Shown here piece by piece: positions 27,271 through 37,185 of a stretch of 64,000 nucleotides of DNA. The notes under the pieces are model-generated. The model had not been told where the DNA came from and ran no database searches. It saw only the letters and a list, made by a program, of their open reading frames with translations. The position numbers and the translations under genes are program-made. The DNA comes from Vicinamibacteria bacterium (lineage in GTDB: Bacteria; Acidobacteriota; Vicinamibacteria; Fen-336; JAGNNV01). The stretch is from assembly GCA_031412915.1 (NCBI GenBank), contig JANODX010000034.1, positions 5,425 through 69,424 of the forward strand, written 5' to 3'. How positions within the stretch are numbered: the stretch's first letter is position 1; each line of letters begins with the position of its first letter.

Positions 27271-28175
27271 CCTTGCGGATCGGCATCGACCTTGGGGGAA
27301 CGAAGATCGAAGGGGTCGCGCTCCGCTCCGATGGCGCCATCGCCTCACGAAGACGCGTGGCCACACCGCGAGGCGAGTACGAGGGCACGGTGCGGGCCAT
27401 CGCGGACGTGGTCTCGTTCCTCGAACACGAATCGGGCTCTTTGGGGTCGGTGGGAATAGGAATGCCGGGGATCGTGTCGCCGGCCACGGGCCTGGTCAAG
27501 AATGCGAATTCGGTCTGGCTGAACGGTCGTGCCCTCGACCGCGATCTCGAAACCGCCCTGGGCCGGCTGGTTCGAATCGAAAACGACGCCAATTGTTTCG
27601 CGCTTTCGGAAGCGAGCGACGGCGCGGCGGCGGGGCGAGGCTGCGTGTTCGGCGTGATTCTGGGCACCGGAACCGGCGGGGGCGTGGTGGTGGACGGCCG
27701 GATCGTGCGGGGCCGGAACGCGGTCGCGGGCGAGTGGGGCCACAATCCCATGCCCTGGCCCGCACCGGACGAATGGCCGGGCGAGCGCTGTTACTGCGGT
27801 CGCACCGGTTGTATCGAAACATTCCTCTCGGGGCCGGGACTGACCCGCGATTTCGCGAGAGAGACCGGACAACCGACGGACTCGGTGGAGATAGTCAGCC
27901 GCGCGGGCGCGGGCGAACCGGCGGCGGTTCGATGCCTCGATCGATATGCGAATCGCCTCGCCCGCGCTCTCGCGTCGATCATCAATGTGCTCGATCCCGA
28001 TGCCATTGTCCTGGGCGGTGGTTTGTCGGGTATCGGGCGGCTCTACGTCGACGTCCCGCGACTTTGGTCGCAATTTGTCTTCTCAGACCGGGTGGAGACC
28101 GAGCTCCTGCCCCCCAAGTTCGGAGACTCGAGTGGCGTTCGGGGTGCGGCCTGGTTATGGCCGGTGGGCGGCTAG
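27267..28175 (+). CDS. ROK family sugar kinase (N-acetylglucosamine kinase/fructokinase-like)
   Basis: Start moved to ATG 27267 (ATGA overlap). IGIDLGGTK, ENDANCFALSE and zinc motif GEWGHNPMP...CYCGRTGCIETFLSG. Confidence 0.85.
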   Translation: MTLRIGIDLGGTKIEGVALRSDGAIASRRRVATPRGEYEGTVRAIADVVSFLEHESGSLGSVGIGMPGIVSPATGLVKNANSVWLNGRALDRDLETALGRLVRIENDANCFALSEASDGAAAGRGCVFGVILGTGTGGGVVVDGRIVRGRNAVAGEWGHNPMPWPAPDEWPGERCYCGRTGCIETFLSGPGLTRDFARETGQPTDSVEIVSRAGAGEPAAVRCLDRYANRLARALASIINVLDPDAIVLGGGLSGIGRLYVDVPRLWSQFVFSDRVETELLPPKFGDSSGVRGAAWLWPVGG

Positions 28176-28244
28176 AGTCGGGGGCGCAGGTTCCCTTCAG
28201 GGGCCCGCGACGGTCCCCCGAGCCGTCCCTACTAGACTCCCGGC

Positions 28245-30323
28245 GTGAGTGGCGCGGTTGGAAAGATGTTGGAACCACCTTTCGCGGCTCTCGTTCCCAA
28301 GACCACCGTCCTCCATGGGGAAACACTGGAAGACCCGTATTTCTGGCTTCGGGAGAAGGAGAATCCGGCGGTTCGGGCGTATCTGCAGGCCGAGAATGAA
28401 TACGCAGACGCGGCTACATCGCATCTGAACGGCTTGGCCAGATCTCTGTACGACGAGATGCTGGCTCGGATCCAGGAAGACGACACTTCGGCCCCGTATC
28501 GTCTTCGAGGCTACGAACATTGGGTGCGCACGGTCAAGGGTGAGCAGTACCCCGTCTACCATCGGCGACGCCTGGGTAACGAGGGGACGCCGAACCCGGC
28601 GGAAACGACCCTGGATGTGAACGAACTGGGGGCGGGCCGGCCCTTCATGTCCCTGGGCGCCTATGCGATGAGCGACGACGGCCGGCTTCTCGCCTACTCA
28701 ACCGACGGCACGGGTTTCCGCCAGTACACGCTCCAGGTGAAGAACCTCGCCACCGGGGTTCTTTGGAGTCGTGCGTTTGAGAAGGTGGTCTCGGTCGCTT
28801 GGGCCGGAGATTCGGAGACGCTCTTCTTCACCGAGGAGGATCACGCGAAGCGCGCGGCGCGCCTGTACCGGATCCGCATCTTCTCGGAGGCAGCCCCGGT
28901 TCTGGTCTTTGAGGAAAAGGACGAAAGGTTCAGCCTGGAAATCTCCCGTTCGCGCAGCGGCGCCTTCCTGTTCCTCGTGACCGCCTCTCACACCACCGCG
29001 GAGGTCCGAAGCCTCGAAGCCTCGAGGCCTGAAGGTGCGTTCAAGCTCGTCGCTCCGCGGCGTCAGGACCATGAATACGAGCTCGATCATCAAGGCGACC
29101 GCTTCCTGATTCGCACGAACGACCGCGGACGCAACTTCCGGCTGGTCGAGGCTCCGGTGGCGGCGCCGGACGAAGGGAACTGGCGCGAGATCGTCCCCCA
29201 TCGGGAAGACGCCATGCTCGAAGCCGCACTCGTCTTCGAGCACGACATCGTTCTGTGTGAGCGATCGGGAGGACTTCCGGGATTTCGGTCCCTGAACCGC
29301 CAAGGAAAGGTCGGCGTCGAGGCCCTCTTCGACGAGCCAACCTACGCCGCCCTTCCCCAGGACAACCGCGAGTACGAGTCCTCGACGTTCCGCTATACGT
29401 ACCAGTCGCTGGTGACGCCTCCCTCGGTCTTCGACCTCGACCTCACCACCGGTGAGAGCACTCTGGTCAAGCAGGTCAAGGTTCTGGGCTCGTTCAATCG
29501 AGACGACTATCTCTCGGAGTGGACAGCCGCCTTGGCCGAAGACGGAACCAGGATTCCGATCTCTCTGGTGCGACGGCGCGACACACCGGTCGACGGATCC
29601 GCGCCCATGCACCTCCTCGGCTACGGCTCCTACGGCTTCCCCTATCCCGTCTCGTTTGTTTCCCAGCGCCTCTGCCTGCTCGACCGCGGTTTCGTCGTGG
29701 CCCTCGCCCACGTTCGCGGGGGGGGCGAGATGGGCAAGCCCTGGCACGACGCCGGGCGCATGGCCGCGAAGGTGAATACGTTCACGGATTTCATCTCGTG
29801 CGCAAGGTCTTTGATCGAACGCGGCTATACGTCGAGCTCGAAACTGGTCATCGAGGGCGGATCGGCGGGAGGCCTGCTGATGGGTGCGGTCACCAACCTG
29901 CGGCCCGATCTCATGAAGGCGGTTGTCGCCAAGGTCCCCTTTGTGGACGTGATCAATTCGATGCTGGACGAAGACCTGCCGTTGACCGTGGGGGAGTTCG
30001 AGGAGTGGGGCAACCCCAAGGTCCTCGAGGACTTCCGAGCCATGCGCGCCTACTGCCCTTACAGCAACCTCGAAAAGAAAGCCTACCCCGCGATCCTGCT
30101 GCGGAACTCGTTCAACGATTCCCAGGTTATGTACTGGGAGGCGGCCAAGTACGCGGCAAGACTGCGCACCCTCAAGACCAACGACGCTCCCTTGCTTCTC
30201 CGCACCCTCATGGAGGCGGGGCACGGAGGAGCCTCCGGGCGCTACGACGCCTTGCGCGAAACCGCGTCCGACTACGCTTTCATCCTCTGGCAGGTTGGCA
30301 CGGTCGATCTCGATAGAGTCTGA
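28245..30323 (+). CDS. ptrB: Oligopeptidase B / protease II (S9A prolyl oligopeptidase family)
   Basis: HGETLEDPYFWLREKENPAVRAYLQAEN N-terminus and catalytic GGSAGGLLMG. The start could instead be ATG 28266. Confidence 0.85.
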   Translation: MSGAVGKMLEPPFAALVPKTTVLHGETLEDPYFWLREKENPAVRAYLQAENEYADAATSHLNGLARSLYDEMLARIQEDDTSAPYRLRGYEHWVRTVKGEQYPVYHRRRLGNEGTPNPAETTLDVNELGAGRPFMSLGAYAMSDDGRLLAYSTDGTGFRQYTLQVKNLATGVLWSRAFEKVVSVAWAGDSETLFFTEEDHAKRAARLYRIRIFSEAAPVLVFEEKDERFSLEISRSRSGAFLFLVTASHTTAEVRSLEASRPEGAFKLVAPRRQDHEYELDHQGDRFLIRTNDRGRNFRLVEAPVAAPDEGNWREIVPHREDAMLEAALVFEHDIVLCERSGGLPGFRSLNRQGKVGVEALFDEPTYAALPQDNREYESSTFRYTYQSLVTPPSVFDLDLTTGESTLVKQVKVLGSFNRDDYLSEWTAALAEDGTRIPISLVRRRDTPVDGSAPMHLLGYGSYGFPYPVSFVSQRLCLLDRGFVVALAHVRGGGEMGKPWHDAGRMAAKVNTFTDFISCARSLIERGYTSSSKLVIEGGSAGGLLMGAVTNLRPDLMKAVVAKVPFVDVINSMLDEDLPLTVGEFEEWGNPKVLEDFRAMRAYCPYSNLEKKAYPAILLRNSFNDSQVMYWEAAKYAARLRTLKTNDAPLLLRTLMEAGHGGASGRYDALRETASDYAFILWQVGTVDLDRV

Positions 30324-30348
30324 CCTTGAATCACAGGAGATCCGCCCC

Positions 30349-32328
30349 ATGTTTCTGACCCTTGCCACCGTGCTTACCCTGGCCGCGCCGGATTTCACCG
30401 CCAAGGACCTGCACTCTCTCAAGCGTCTGGCCGATCCGCAGGTTTCGCCGGACGGCAAGTGGGTTCTGTATCAGCAGACCATTATCGAACTGGGCCAGAG
30501 CCGCAACTCGGATCTCTTCCTCGTGCCTTCGACCGGCGGCGCGCCCCGCTCCCTCACCTCGCACCCCAAATCGGACTCTCAGGGCCGGTTCTCCAAGGAT
30601 GGAACCCAAATCGCGTTTCTCTCGTCCCGAGACGGCGCCCCGCAGGTCTACATCCTGGATCTGCGCGGGGGCGAGGCCCGGCGCGTGACTAATCTCTCGC
30701 AGAGTGTGGCCAACTTCCGCTGGGCCACCGCGGACAAGCTGGTGGTGGTCTCGGATGTGCACCCGAGTTGCACGGGCTCCGATTTCGACGCCTGCACGAA
30801 GATGAAAGTGCAAGAAAGAGGCGAGAGTGTCCGCGTCTACGACAAGCTCTTCGTGCGTCACTGGGACACCTGGGAGGATGGCCTGCGCTCTCATCTGTTG
30901 TGGGTCGACGTCAAGACGGGACAGGCGGCCGACCTGACCAAAGGCGACGCCGATGTTCCGCCCTACCCCGGACCGAACGATTTCGACATCGCCCCGGATG
31001 GCTCGGAGGTGGCGTTTGGTCGAAACGACGACAAGGACGAGGCCTCCTCCACGAACGCGGACCTGTTCACGGTCCCGACCTCCGGGGGGCCGGCCAGGAA
31101 GTTCGGCGGAGCCGCGGGCTTTGATGGCCTGCCCTCCTACAGCCCCGATGGATCCATGATCGCGTATCACGCCCAGATGCGCGCGGGCTTCGAGGCCGAT
31201 CGCTTTCGTCTGATGGTCTACGACCGCAAGACCGGGCTCACGCGAAACCTGACCGAGCCCTTCGATCGCAGCGTCGACGAGATCGCGTGGGCGCCCGATT
31301 CGAAAACGATCTACTTCACCGCCGGCGATGGGCCGCACAACCCGCTGTTCGCCCTTTCCGCCGCGGGAGGGGTGCCGCGCAAGGTGGCCGATGGCCATCT
31401 CACCCAATTGTCGATTTCGAAGGATGGTCTCAGGGCGGTGATGGCCAAGGACTCGCTGAGCAAGCCCGCGGATGTGGTGACCATAGACCTTGCGAGCGGC
31501 AAGGTCTCGCGCATTACCGACACCAACGACGCGGCTTTGGCCGGGTTCGCGCTTCTGCCCTCCGAGTCGGTCTCCTATGCCGGGGCGCTCGGCAAGACGG
31601 TCCAGGGCTGGATCACCAAGCCCGCGAACTTCGACCCTTCGAAAAGATACCCGTTGCTCCTCATCGTCCACGGGGGACCGCAGAGTGTTTTCGCGGACAG
31701 CTGGAGCTTCCGCTGGAATCCGCAGGTCTTCGCGGGAGCGGGTTTCGTGGTCTTCATGCCCAATCCCCGCGGCTCCACCGGTTTCGGGCAGGCCTTCACC
31801 GACGATGTCTCGAAAGACTGGGGCGGGAAAGCCTACGAAGACGTGATGAAGGGAACGGATTTCGCGGCAGCCCTTCCGTATGTGGACAAGGACCGCGTTC
31901 TCGCGGCCGGGGCTTCGTACGGCGGCTACATGGTCAACTGGATGTGCACCCAGACCAAGCGATTCAAGGCCCTGGTTTCGCATGACGGCGTTTACAATCT
32001 CGAGTCGATGGCCGGTTCCACCGAGGAGCAGTGGTTCACTGACTGGGACCTCGGGGGACCGCCGTGGAAGGACCGGACTCAGTACGACAGGTTTTCGCCC
32101 TCCCGCTTCATCGCGCAGTGCACGACCCCGACCCTCATCATCCACAACGATCGTGACTATCGCGTCCCCGTCGAACAGGGTCTCCAGATGTTCACCGCCC
32201 TTCAGCGCCAGGGCGTGCCCTCGCGCCTGGTGATGTTCCCCGAGGAAAATCACTGGGTCCTGAAGGCGGAGAACTCGGTGCGCTGGTACGACGAGGTCCT
32301 GGGGTGGCTCAAGAAATGGGCGAACTGA
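30349..32328 (+). CDS. S9 family serine peptidase (acylaminoacyl-peptidase/dipeptidyl aminopeptidase-like) with N-terminal beta-propeller
   Basis: Start moved to ATG 30349, preceded by AGGAGA. Has a signal peptide, catalytic GASYGGYM, and a C-terminal D..H. Confidence 0.85.
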   Translation: MFLTLATVLTLAAPDFTAKDLHSLKRLADPQVSPDGKWVLYQQTIIELGQSRNSDLFLVPSTGGAPRSLTSHPKSDSQGRFSKDGTQIAFLSSRDGAPQVYILDLRGGEARRVTNLSQSVANFRWATADKLVVVSDVHPSCTGSDFDACTKMKVQERGESVRVYDKLFVRHWDTWEDGLRSHLLWVDVKTGQAADLTKGDADVPPYPGPNDFDIAPDGSEVAFGRNDDKDEASSTNADLFTVPTSGGPARKFGGAAGFDGLPSYSPDGSMIAYHAQMRAGFEADRFRLMVYDRKTGLTRNLTEPFDRSVDEIAWAPDSKTIYFTAGDGPHNPLFALSAAGGVPRKVADGHLTQLSISKDGLRAVMAKDSLSKPADVVTIDLASGKVSRITDTNDAALAGFALLPSESVSYAGALGKTVQGWITKPANFDPSKRYPLLLIVHGGPQSVFADSWSFRWNPQVFAGAGFVVFMPNPRGSTGFGQAFTDDVSKDWGGKAYEDVMKGTDFAAALPYVDKDRVLAAGASYGGYMVNWMCTQTKRFKALVSHDGVYNLESMAGSTEEQWFTDWDLGGPPWKDRTQYDRFSPSRFIAQCTTPTLIIHNDRDYRVPVEQGLQMFTALQRQGVPSRLVMFPEENHWVLKAENSVRWYDEVLGWLKKWAN

Positions 32329-33401
32329 GGGCTCTCGAACTCGCCCAGGAACTCGGCCACGAGGAAGTCGTCCTGCTTCACGACCGGGAGTCCGGCCTGC
32401 GGGGCGCCATCGCCATCCACGACTCCACTTTCGGACCGAGTGTCGGGGGCACAAGGATGCGTGCGTATGCCACGTATGACGACGCCGTGGTCGATGCCCT
32501 GCGTCTGGCCCGGGCCATGACCTACAAGGCGACAATGGTCGAGATGCCCTACGGCGGGGCCAAGGCCGTGATCGTGGGAGACCCGAACCGGGACAAGACC
32601 AGGCCTCTGCTCGTGGCTTACGCCCGGGCCGTCGAAAGGCTCGGCGGCCGGTTCTTCACCGGCTGCGACATGGGAATCGAACCACGCGACCTCAAGGTGA
32701 TGCAACGCCACACCAAGCATCTTTCCCACGCGAACGAGGACTCGCCCCTGGACACGTCGTATCTTGCCGCCCTTGGAGTCTTTGAAGGGATCGCCGCGGT
32801 GGCCGCGGTTCTTGGACGTTCGTTGTCGTCACTTCGGGTTGCCATTCAGGGTGTGGGTGCGGTCGGTTTTCCTCTGGCCAAACTTCTGGTTGAACACGGT
32901 GCCCATGTGATCGTGGCCGATCCCGACCCGGCTCGCGCGCGGCGGGCCGCGAGCGAGATCGAAACCCAGGTGGTCGAACCCGACGGCATCTATGACGTCG
33001 AGGCCGACGTGTTTTCGCCCAACGCCATGGGCGGGATACTGAATGACGACACCATCGCCCGCCTCAAAGCCCGGGCCATCGTGGGGGGGGCCAACGAGCA
33101 GTTGCGGGAGCCTCGTCACGGCGCAGTTCTCCACTCCGTGGGAATCCTGTGGGCGCCCGACTACGTGGTGAACGCGGGCGGTCTGCTGAGCCTCCTCTAC
33201 GAAACCAGGCAGACGGACGCGGAGGGCGTGGTCGAACGGGTCCACCTGATCGGCCCCCGGTTGGCCGACATCTGGCATCGATCCGATGAAGAAGAGCAAC
33301 CTCCAGGGGTCATCGCCGATCGCATCGTCGAAGAACGACTCGCCCTGGGCAGGCGGGCGAAGTCGGAATCGGCGCGACGAACCAAGTATGAAGACGATTG
33401 A
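32316..33401 (+). CDS. Glu/Leu/Phe/Val dehydrogenase family (leucine/valine dehydrogenase-like)
   Basis: GPSVGGTRM, YGGAKAVI and Rossmann VAIQGVGAVG. The ATG at 32316 overlaps the peptidase 3' end. Confidence 0.85.
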   Translation: MGELRALELAQELGHEEVVLLHDRESGLRGAIAIHDSTFGPSVGGTRMRAYATYDDAVVDALRLARAMTYKATMVEMPYGGAKAVIVGDPNRDKTRPLLVAYARAVERLGGRFFTGCDMGIEPRDLKVMQRHTKHLSHANEDSPLDTSYLAALGVFEGIAAVAAVLGRSLSSLRVAIQGVGAVGFPLAKLLVEHGAHVIVADPDPARARRAASEIETQVVEPDGIYDVEADVFSPNAMGGILNDDTIARLKARAIVGGANEQLREPRHGAVLHSVGILWAPDYVVNAGGLLSLLYETRQTDAEGVVERVHLIGPRLADIWHRSDEEEQPPGVIADRIVEERLALGRRAKSESARRTKYEDD

Positions 33402-33422
33402 TCGAGGGAGCGAGGCACGGCG

Positions 33423-34208
33423 ATGAAGATCTCGGTCGGGGGAGCGACCATCGGGTACGCGGACAAGGGACATGGACCGGCCGTCCTGTTTCTTCACGCC
33501 TTTGGCCTGTCCCTCGGAATGTGGGACGGCCAGGACGCTCTCGCTCCGCGGTACCGGATCGTCCGTTTCGACGCGCGCGGTTTTGGCGCATCGAAGGTGG
33601 GCGATGCGATCCTCACCATGGACCGCATCGCCGACGACGCGAAAGCACTCATCGAACGTCTGCGCCTGGGGCCGGTGATCCTGGTCGGGTGTTCGATGGG
33701 CGGTTACGCGGCTTTCGCCTTCGCGCAGAAACACGCTTCGCTCCTGCGGGGCCTGGTCCTGGCGGACACCCGCGCGGGAGGCGATTCTGCCGAGGCCCGG
33801 AAGGGCCGAAGCGACCTCGCGGCCAAGGTCATTAAGGAAGGGCCGCAGGCCGCTCTCGACTTCTTTCTCCCTCGTGTCTTCGGCGAGACCACCAAGAGAT
33901 CGCGGGCTGAAGTCGTGGCCCGGTTCAAGGACATCCTGCTCGCGACTTCGCCTCGAGGGCTTTCCGATGCCCTGCATGGTATCGCCGCCCGCCAGGATTC
34001 GACGCCGCTCCTACGCGAGATCTCGGTTCCCACCCTTGTGATCTGCGGCGAGGAGGACGTCATCACGCCACGAGCCGAGGCGGAAATCATGCAGCGAGGG
34101 ATCAAAGGCGCCGAGTTGGCGATGATTCCGAAAGCCGGCCACCTCCCCTCGATGGAAACACCCGAGGAGTTCAACGCCGTGCTCGGGAAGTTCTTGGGCA
34201 GGTTCTAA
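33423..34208 (+). CDS. Alpha/beta hydrolase (3-oxoadipate enol-lactonase-like)
   Basis: VLFLHAFG, nucleophile elbow GCSMGG, C-terminal AGHLPSMETPEEF. Confidence 0.8.
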   Translation: MKISVGGATIGYADKGHGPAVLFLHAFGLSLGMWDGQDALAPRYRIVRFDARGFGASKVGDAILTMDRIADDAKALIERLRLGPVILVGCSMGGYAAFAFAQKHASLLRGLVLADTRAGGDSAEARKGRSDLAAKVIKEGPQAALDFFLPRVFGETTKRSRAEVVARFKDILLATSPRGLSDALHGIAARQDSTPLLREISVPTLVICGEEDVITPRAEAEIMQRGIKGAELAMIPKAGHLPSMETPEEFNAVLGKFLGRF

Positions 34209-34260
34209 CAATCGAGACAACCCGCCGCCCCCCCGATGGCCGGAGTTCGGCGACTCTAAG

Positions 34261-34291
34261 TCGAATCGTCCGATTCACTCGGACGATTCGA
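34261..34291. terminator. Perfect 13-bp hairpin between convergent genes (bidirectional terminator candidate)
   Basis: TCGAATCGTCCGA-TTCAC-TCGGACGATTCGA. A second palindrome, AAGGGGCCCCTT, lies at 34331-34342. Confidence 0.5.
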
Positions 34292-34366
34292 GCGTCACTA
34301 GTTCTCGCCGAACGCAGGCCAGGGGGTTCTAAGGGGCCCCTTGTCCGTGTCTCGGACCCCTTGGCG

Positions 34367-35377
34367 TCAACGAGAATTCAGGTCGTATTTCATGATCCGG
34401 CCGTGCCGGCCTTCGCGATCTCTTTCCGCTTCGTAGACATCGCCGGGGACGCCCCGGCCGGAGAGTCCATTCAGAAGGGCGAGGTCCTGGTCGTCCAATC
34501 GGACCTCCGGGGCGGCCAGGGTTTGAGGAAGATGGTCGGCGTTTCGGGCCCCCACGATGACCGCCGCCACTTCAGGTTGAGCCAAAACCCAGGCGATGCC
34601 GATCGCCCCGATGGTGACCTCATGCTTTCGGGCCGTCCGGTGTACGGTCCGCAGCAAGTCCTGAAAACCGTCCCAGCCAAGCGCTTCGTCGATGATGAGC
34701 TTGTATTTCGTCAATGACCGATTCTCCAGGGGCTGGTCCGGCTCGGAAACGCCAAGCCATCGCTCGGAAAGAAAACCGCCGAGGAGCGAGCCGTAGCAGA
34801 GGAAACGGATGTTGCTCTCCGCGCACAGCGAGGCCATCGAGCCGGCGGGACGACGATCGAGAAGCGAGTACTGAACCTGGTGCGAGAGAACCCGCACCCC
34901 GGCCTCAAGAAGCGCGCGCAGATGGGGGGTGTCGAAGTTGGTGACCCCGAGGTGGCGGAGGACTCCGGCGCGGCGCAGCCCCTCGAGATGCAAGGCGACC
35001 TCGACGTATCGGTCAACCGCATAGTCCCACCAGTGAAACTGAACCAGGTCCAGTGTTTTTCGGCGCAGACGCCGGCCGGAGCGCTCCACGATCTCGCGCA
35101 CGCCCTTGAGGTCCACCGTGGCCAGGGAGACGAGGTCCGGAACGTACTTGGTGTGCACTTGAATCCGGCGACCCTCTCCCGGGTCGAAACCGCCAATGAG
35201 ATCCTCGACCCCGGTGTAGATGTCCGCGCAGTCGAAAGTCGTGATCCCGTTCTCCACGAAAGCTTTCATGTCCGCGAGTGCTGTGGCGCTCGCGTGGGCG
35301 CTGTGCCCGGCCGCGAGCTGCCATCCCCCCTTGATGATCCGGGAGATCGAATATCGAGGCGCCAGTTCAACGCGCAC
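34367..35377 (-). CDS. Aldo/keto reductase
   Basis: GITTFDCADIYTG, FHWWD, LGVTNF, and a C-terminal family pattern. Confidence 0.85.
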   Translation of the reverse strand: MRVELAPRYSISRIIKGGWQLAAGHSAHASATALADMKAFVENGITTFDCADIYTGVEDLIGGFDPGEGRRIQVHTKYVPDLVSLATVDLKGVREIVERSGRRLRRKTLDLVQFHWWDYAVDRYVEVALHLEGLRRAGVLRHLGVTNFDTPHLRALLEAGVRVLSHQVQYSLLDRRPAGSMASLCAESNIRFLCYGSLLGGFLSERWLGVSEPDQPLENRSLTKYKLIIDEALGWDGFQDLLRTVHRTARKHEVTIGAIGIAWVLAQPEVAAVIVGARNADHLPQTLAAPEVRLDDQDLALLNGLSGRGVPGDVYEAERDREGRHGRIMKYDLNSR

Positions 35378-35771
35378 GTTTTCGGGGACGCCGGTTCCGG
35401 GTTGCCGCCTTCAGGGGTACGGCGGTCACGTCGTCGTGCTTGAAGACGGTCGTACCGATCCGCCTGATTCGAAATCGCCCACCGCAGTGAGGATCGGGGC
35501 AGGCGATGAGGGAGTCGGTGGTCATCCAGTCGTGAGGATGAGTTTCACGCTGCTTGGCGGGAAGGAGAGGAAGCAACGCGGCCAGCGGATACAGGGGAAA
35601 AGTCTGCCCCTTTGGCCAGGACAGGTTCTCTCCTCTCAGCTCGAACTGGTCGCCGACCTTGTGATTGCAGATCATGGGCCGGCCCTTCGCCTGCTCGACA
35701 TCGACCCGCAGGTCGTACAGGCGGAAGGTCGCGGGTTTCGCGCGTTGTTTTTTGCTTCGCGTGGCGGCCAT
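35367..35771 (-). CDS. TIGR04076-family small protein (function unknown)
   Basis: Start placed at ATG 35771. ICNHKVGDQFEL...LIACPDPHCGGRFRIRRIG resembles the TIGR04076 pattern recalled from memory. It overlaps the AKR start by 11 nt. Confidence 0.45.
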   Translation of the reverse strand: MAATRSKKQRAKPATFRLYDLRVDVEQAKGRPMICNHKVGDQFELRGENLSWPKGQTFPLYPLAALLPLLPAKQRETHPHDWMTTDSLIACPDPHCGGRFRIRRIGTTVFKHDDVTAVPLKAATRNRRPRKRAR

Positions 35772-35793
35772 TGCACTTAGCATAGCCACCCCA

Positions 35794-37185
35794 ATGAACG
35801 ACGGTCTCCCCTCCCTGCGGCTTACGTTCCATGGCGGGATCGGGGGAGCCATCCTTCCCGCCCTGGTCTTCCTGGCCGGGGTGACCACATTGGCCTTGAA
35901 AGGCGCGCCGGACGAACGTGGTTTCTGGCCCATCGTTCTCGGGGCTCTGTGCCTCAGCCTCCTCCTGGCCCGCGATCGGACGCTCTGGAGCGAGGCCGTG
36001 ATTCGGTCCATGAGTCAGGAGATTGTGGCATTGATGATTCTCGCTTGGCTGCTCTCGGGCGTCCTTTCCGAATTGCTTCGCGCGGCCGGTCTCATCCAGG
36101 CGCTCGTCACCAGCGGTTCTTATCTTGGCCTTCAAGGCGGCGGCTTCGTCGCCCTGTCGTTCCTGATCTGCTGCCTGGTCTCCACCGCCACGGGAACGAG
36201 CTTCGGCACGATTCTGGTTTGCGGTCCCCTTCTCTATCCCGCGGGCGGTTCCCTGTCGGCCGATCCGCGGTGGCTGGCCGGGGCGATTCTGGCCGGATCC
36301 ACGTTCGGCGACAGCATCTCACCCATCTCGGATACCACCATCGCATCCGCCGGAACCCAGGGCGCGGATATCGGCGGAGTGGTGAGCAGTCGCTTCGGCT
36401 ATGTCTTTCCTCCGGCCCTCCTGGCGGTGATCGCATACCTTCTTTTCGGTCGAGGCCCTGAAGGCGGGAGCCACGCGAGTGCTGCGGGCTCGCTTCGGGC
36501 CCTGCCCATGCTGATCGCCCCGGTGGTTGTCCTGTCGCTCCTGTTGCGAAAGAAGCATCTGCTCGAGGGACTGCTCGTCGGCATCGTTCTGGCCGTCCTG
36601 TTGAGCCTGAGTCTGGGTCTGGTGCCCGCATCCGATCTCCTGTTTCTCGACCGGGAGAACTTCCTGGCCCGCGGCCTGATCCTGAAAGGGCTGGAACGCG
36701 GCGTGGGCGTCTCCATTTTCACCCTCCTGCTGATGGGTCTCGTGGGCACCCTCGTGGCCACGGGAGTGCAGGACGCCCTGGTGGATCTGGCCCGAAAGAA
36801 AGCCCGTACCACCCGGGCGGCCGAGGTGTGGATCGTGGTGGCGGTGAGCGTCGCGGTCCTCTTCACCACTCACAGCGTGGTGGCGATGCTCGCGGTGGGG
36901 ACATTCGCCAAAGAAACGGGACGGCGCTTCGGACTGTCCGCCTATCGGCGGGCCAATCTCCTCGACGTCACCGTGTGCACCTACCCGTTCCTGCTCCCCT
37001 ATTTTCTGCCCACGATCCTGATGTCCTCGGCCACCGCAGCGGGCCCGGCGTTCGGCATGCCGCGTTTGAGTCCCTTGGATGTGGGTCTGTTCAATGTCTA
37101 TTCGTGGGGCCTTCTTGCCATGATAGGAGTGGCGGTGGCCTCGGGATACCTCCGAGGTCCCCTCGAACAGGAGAGCGCTCCTTGA
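35794..37185 (+). CDS. Na+/H+ antiporter NhaC family membrane transporter
   Basis: Start moved to ATG 35794. Multi-TM, with the GDSISPISDTTI motif. Confidence 0.8.
   Translation: MNDGLPSLRLTFHGGIGGAILPALVFLAGVTTLALKGAPDERGFWPIVLGALCLSLLLARDRTLWSEAVIRSMSQEIVALMILAWLLSGVLSELLRAAGLIQALVTSGSYLGLQGGGFVALSFLICCLVSTATGTSFGTILVCGPLLYPAGGSLSADPRWLAGAILAGSTFGDSISPISDTTIASAGTQGADIGGVVSSRFGYVFPPALLAVIAYLLFGRGPEGGSHASAAGSLRALPMLIAPVVVLSLLLRKKHLLEGLLVGIVLAVLLSLSLGLVPASDLLFLDRENFLARGLILKGLERGVGVSIFTLLLMGLVGTLVATGVQDALVDLARKKARTTRAAEVWIVVAVSVAVLFTTHSVVAMLAVGTFAKETGRRFGLSAYRRANLLDVTVCTYPFLLPYFLPTILMSSATAAGPAFGMPRLSPLDVGLFNVYSWGLLAMIGVAVASGYLRGPLEQESAP

Noticed and set aside
25765-32535. Several 500-730-aa minus-strand ORFs (25765..27366, 28698..30458, 30331..32535)
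   Set aside because: All are antisense to strongly supported plus-strand genes (thrC, NagX, ptrB, the S9 peptidase). No motifs are present.
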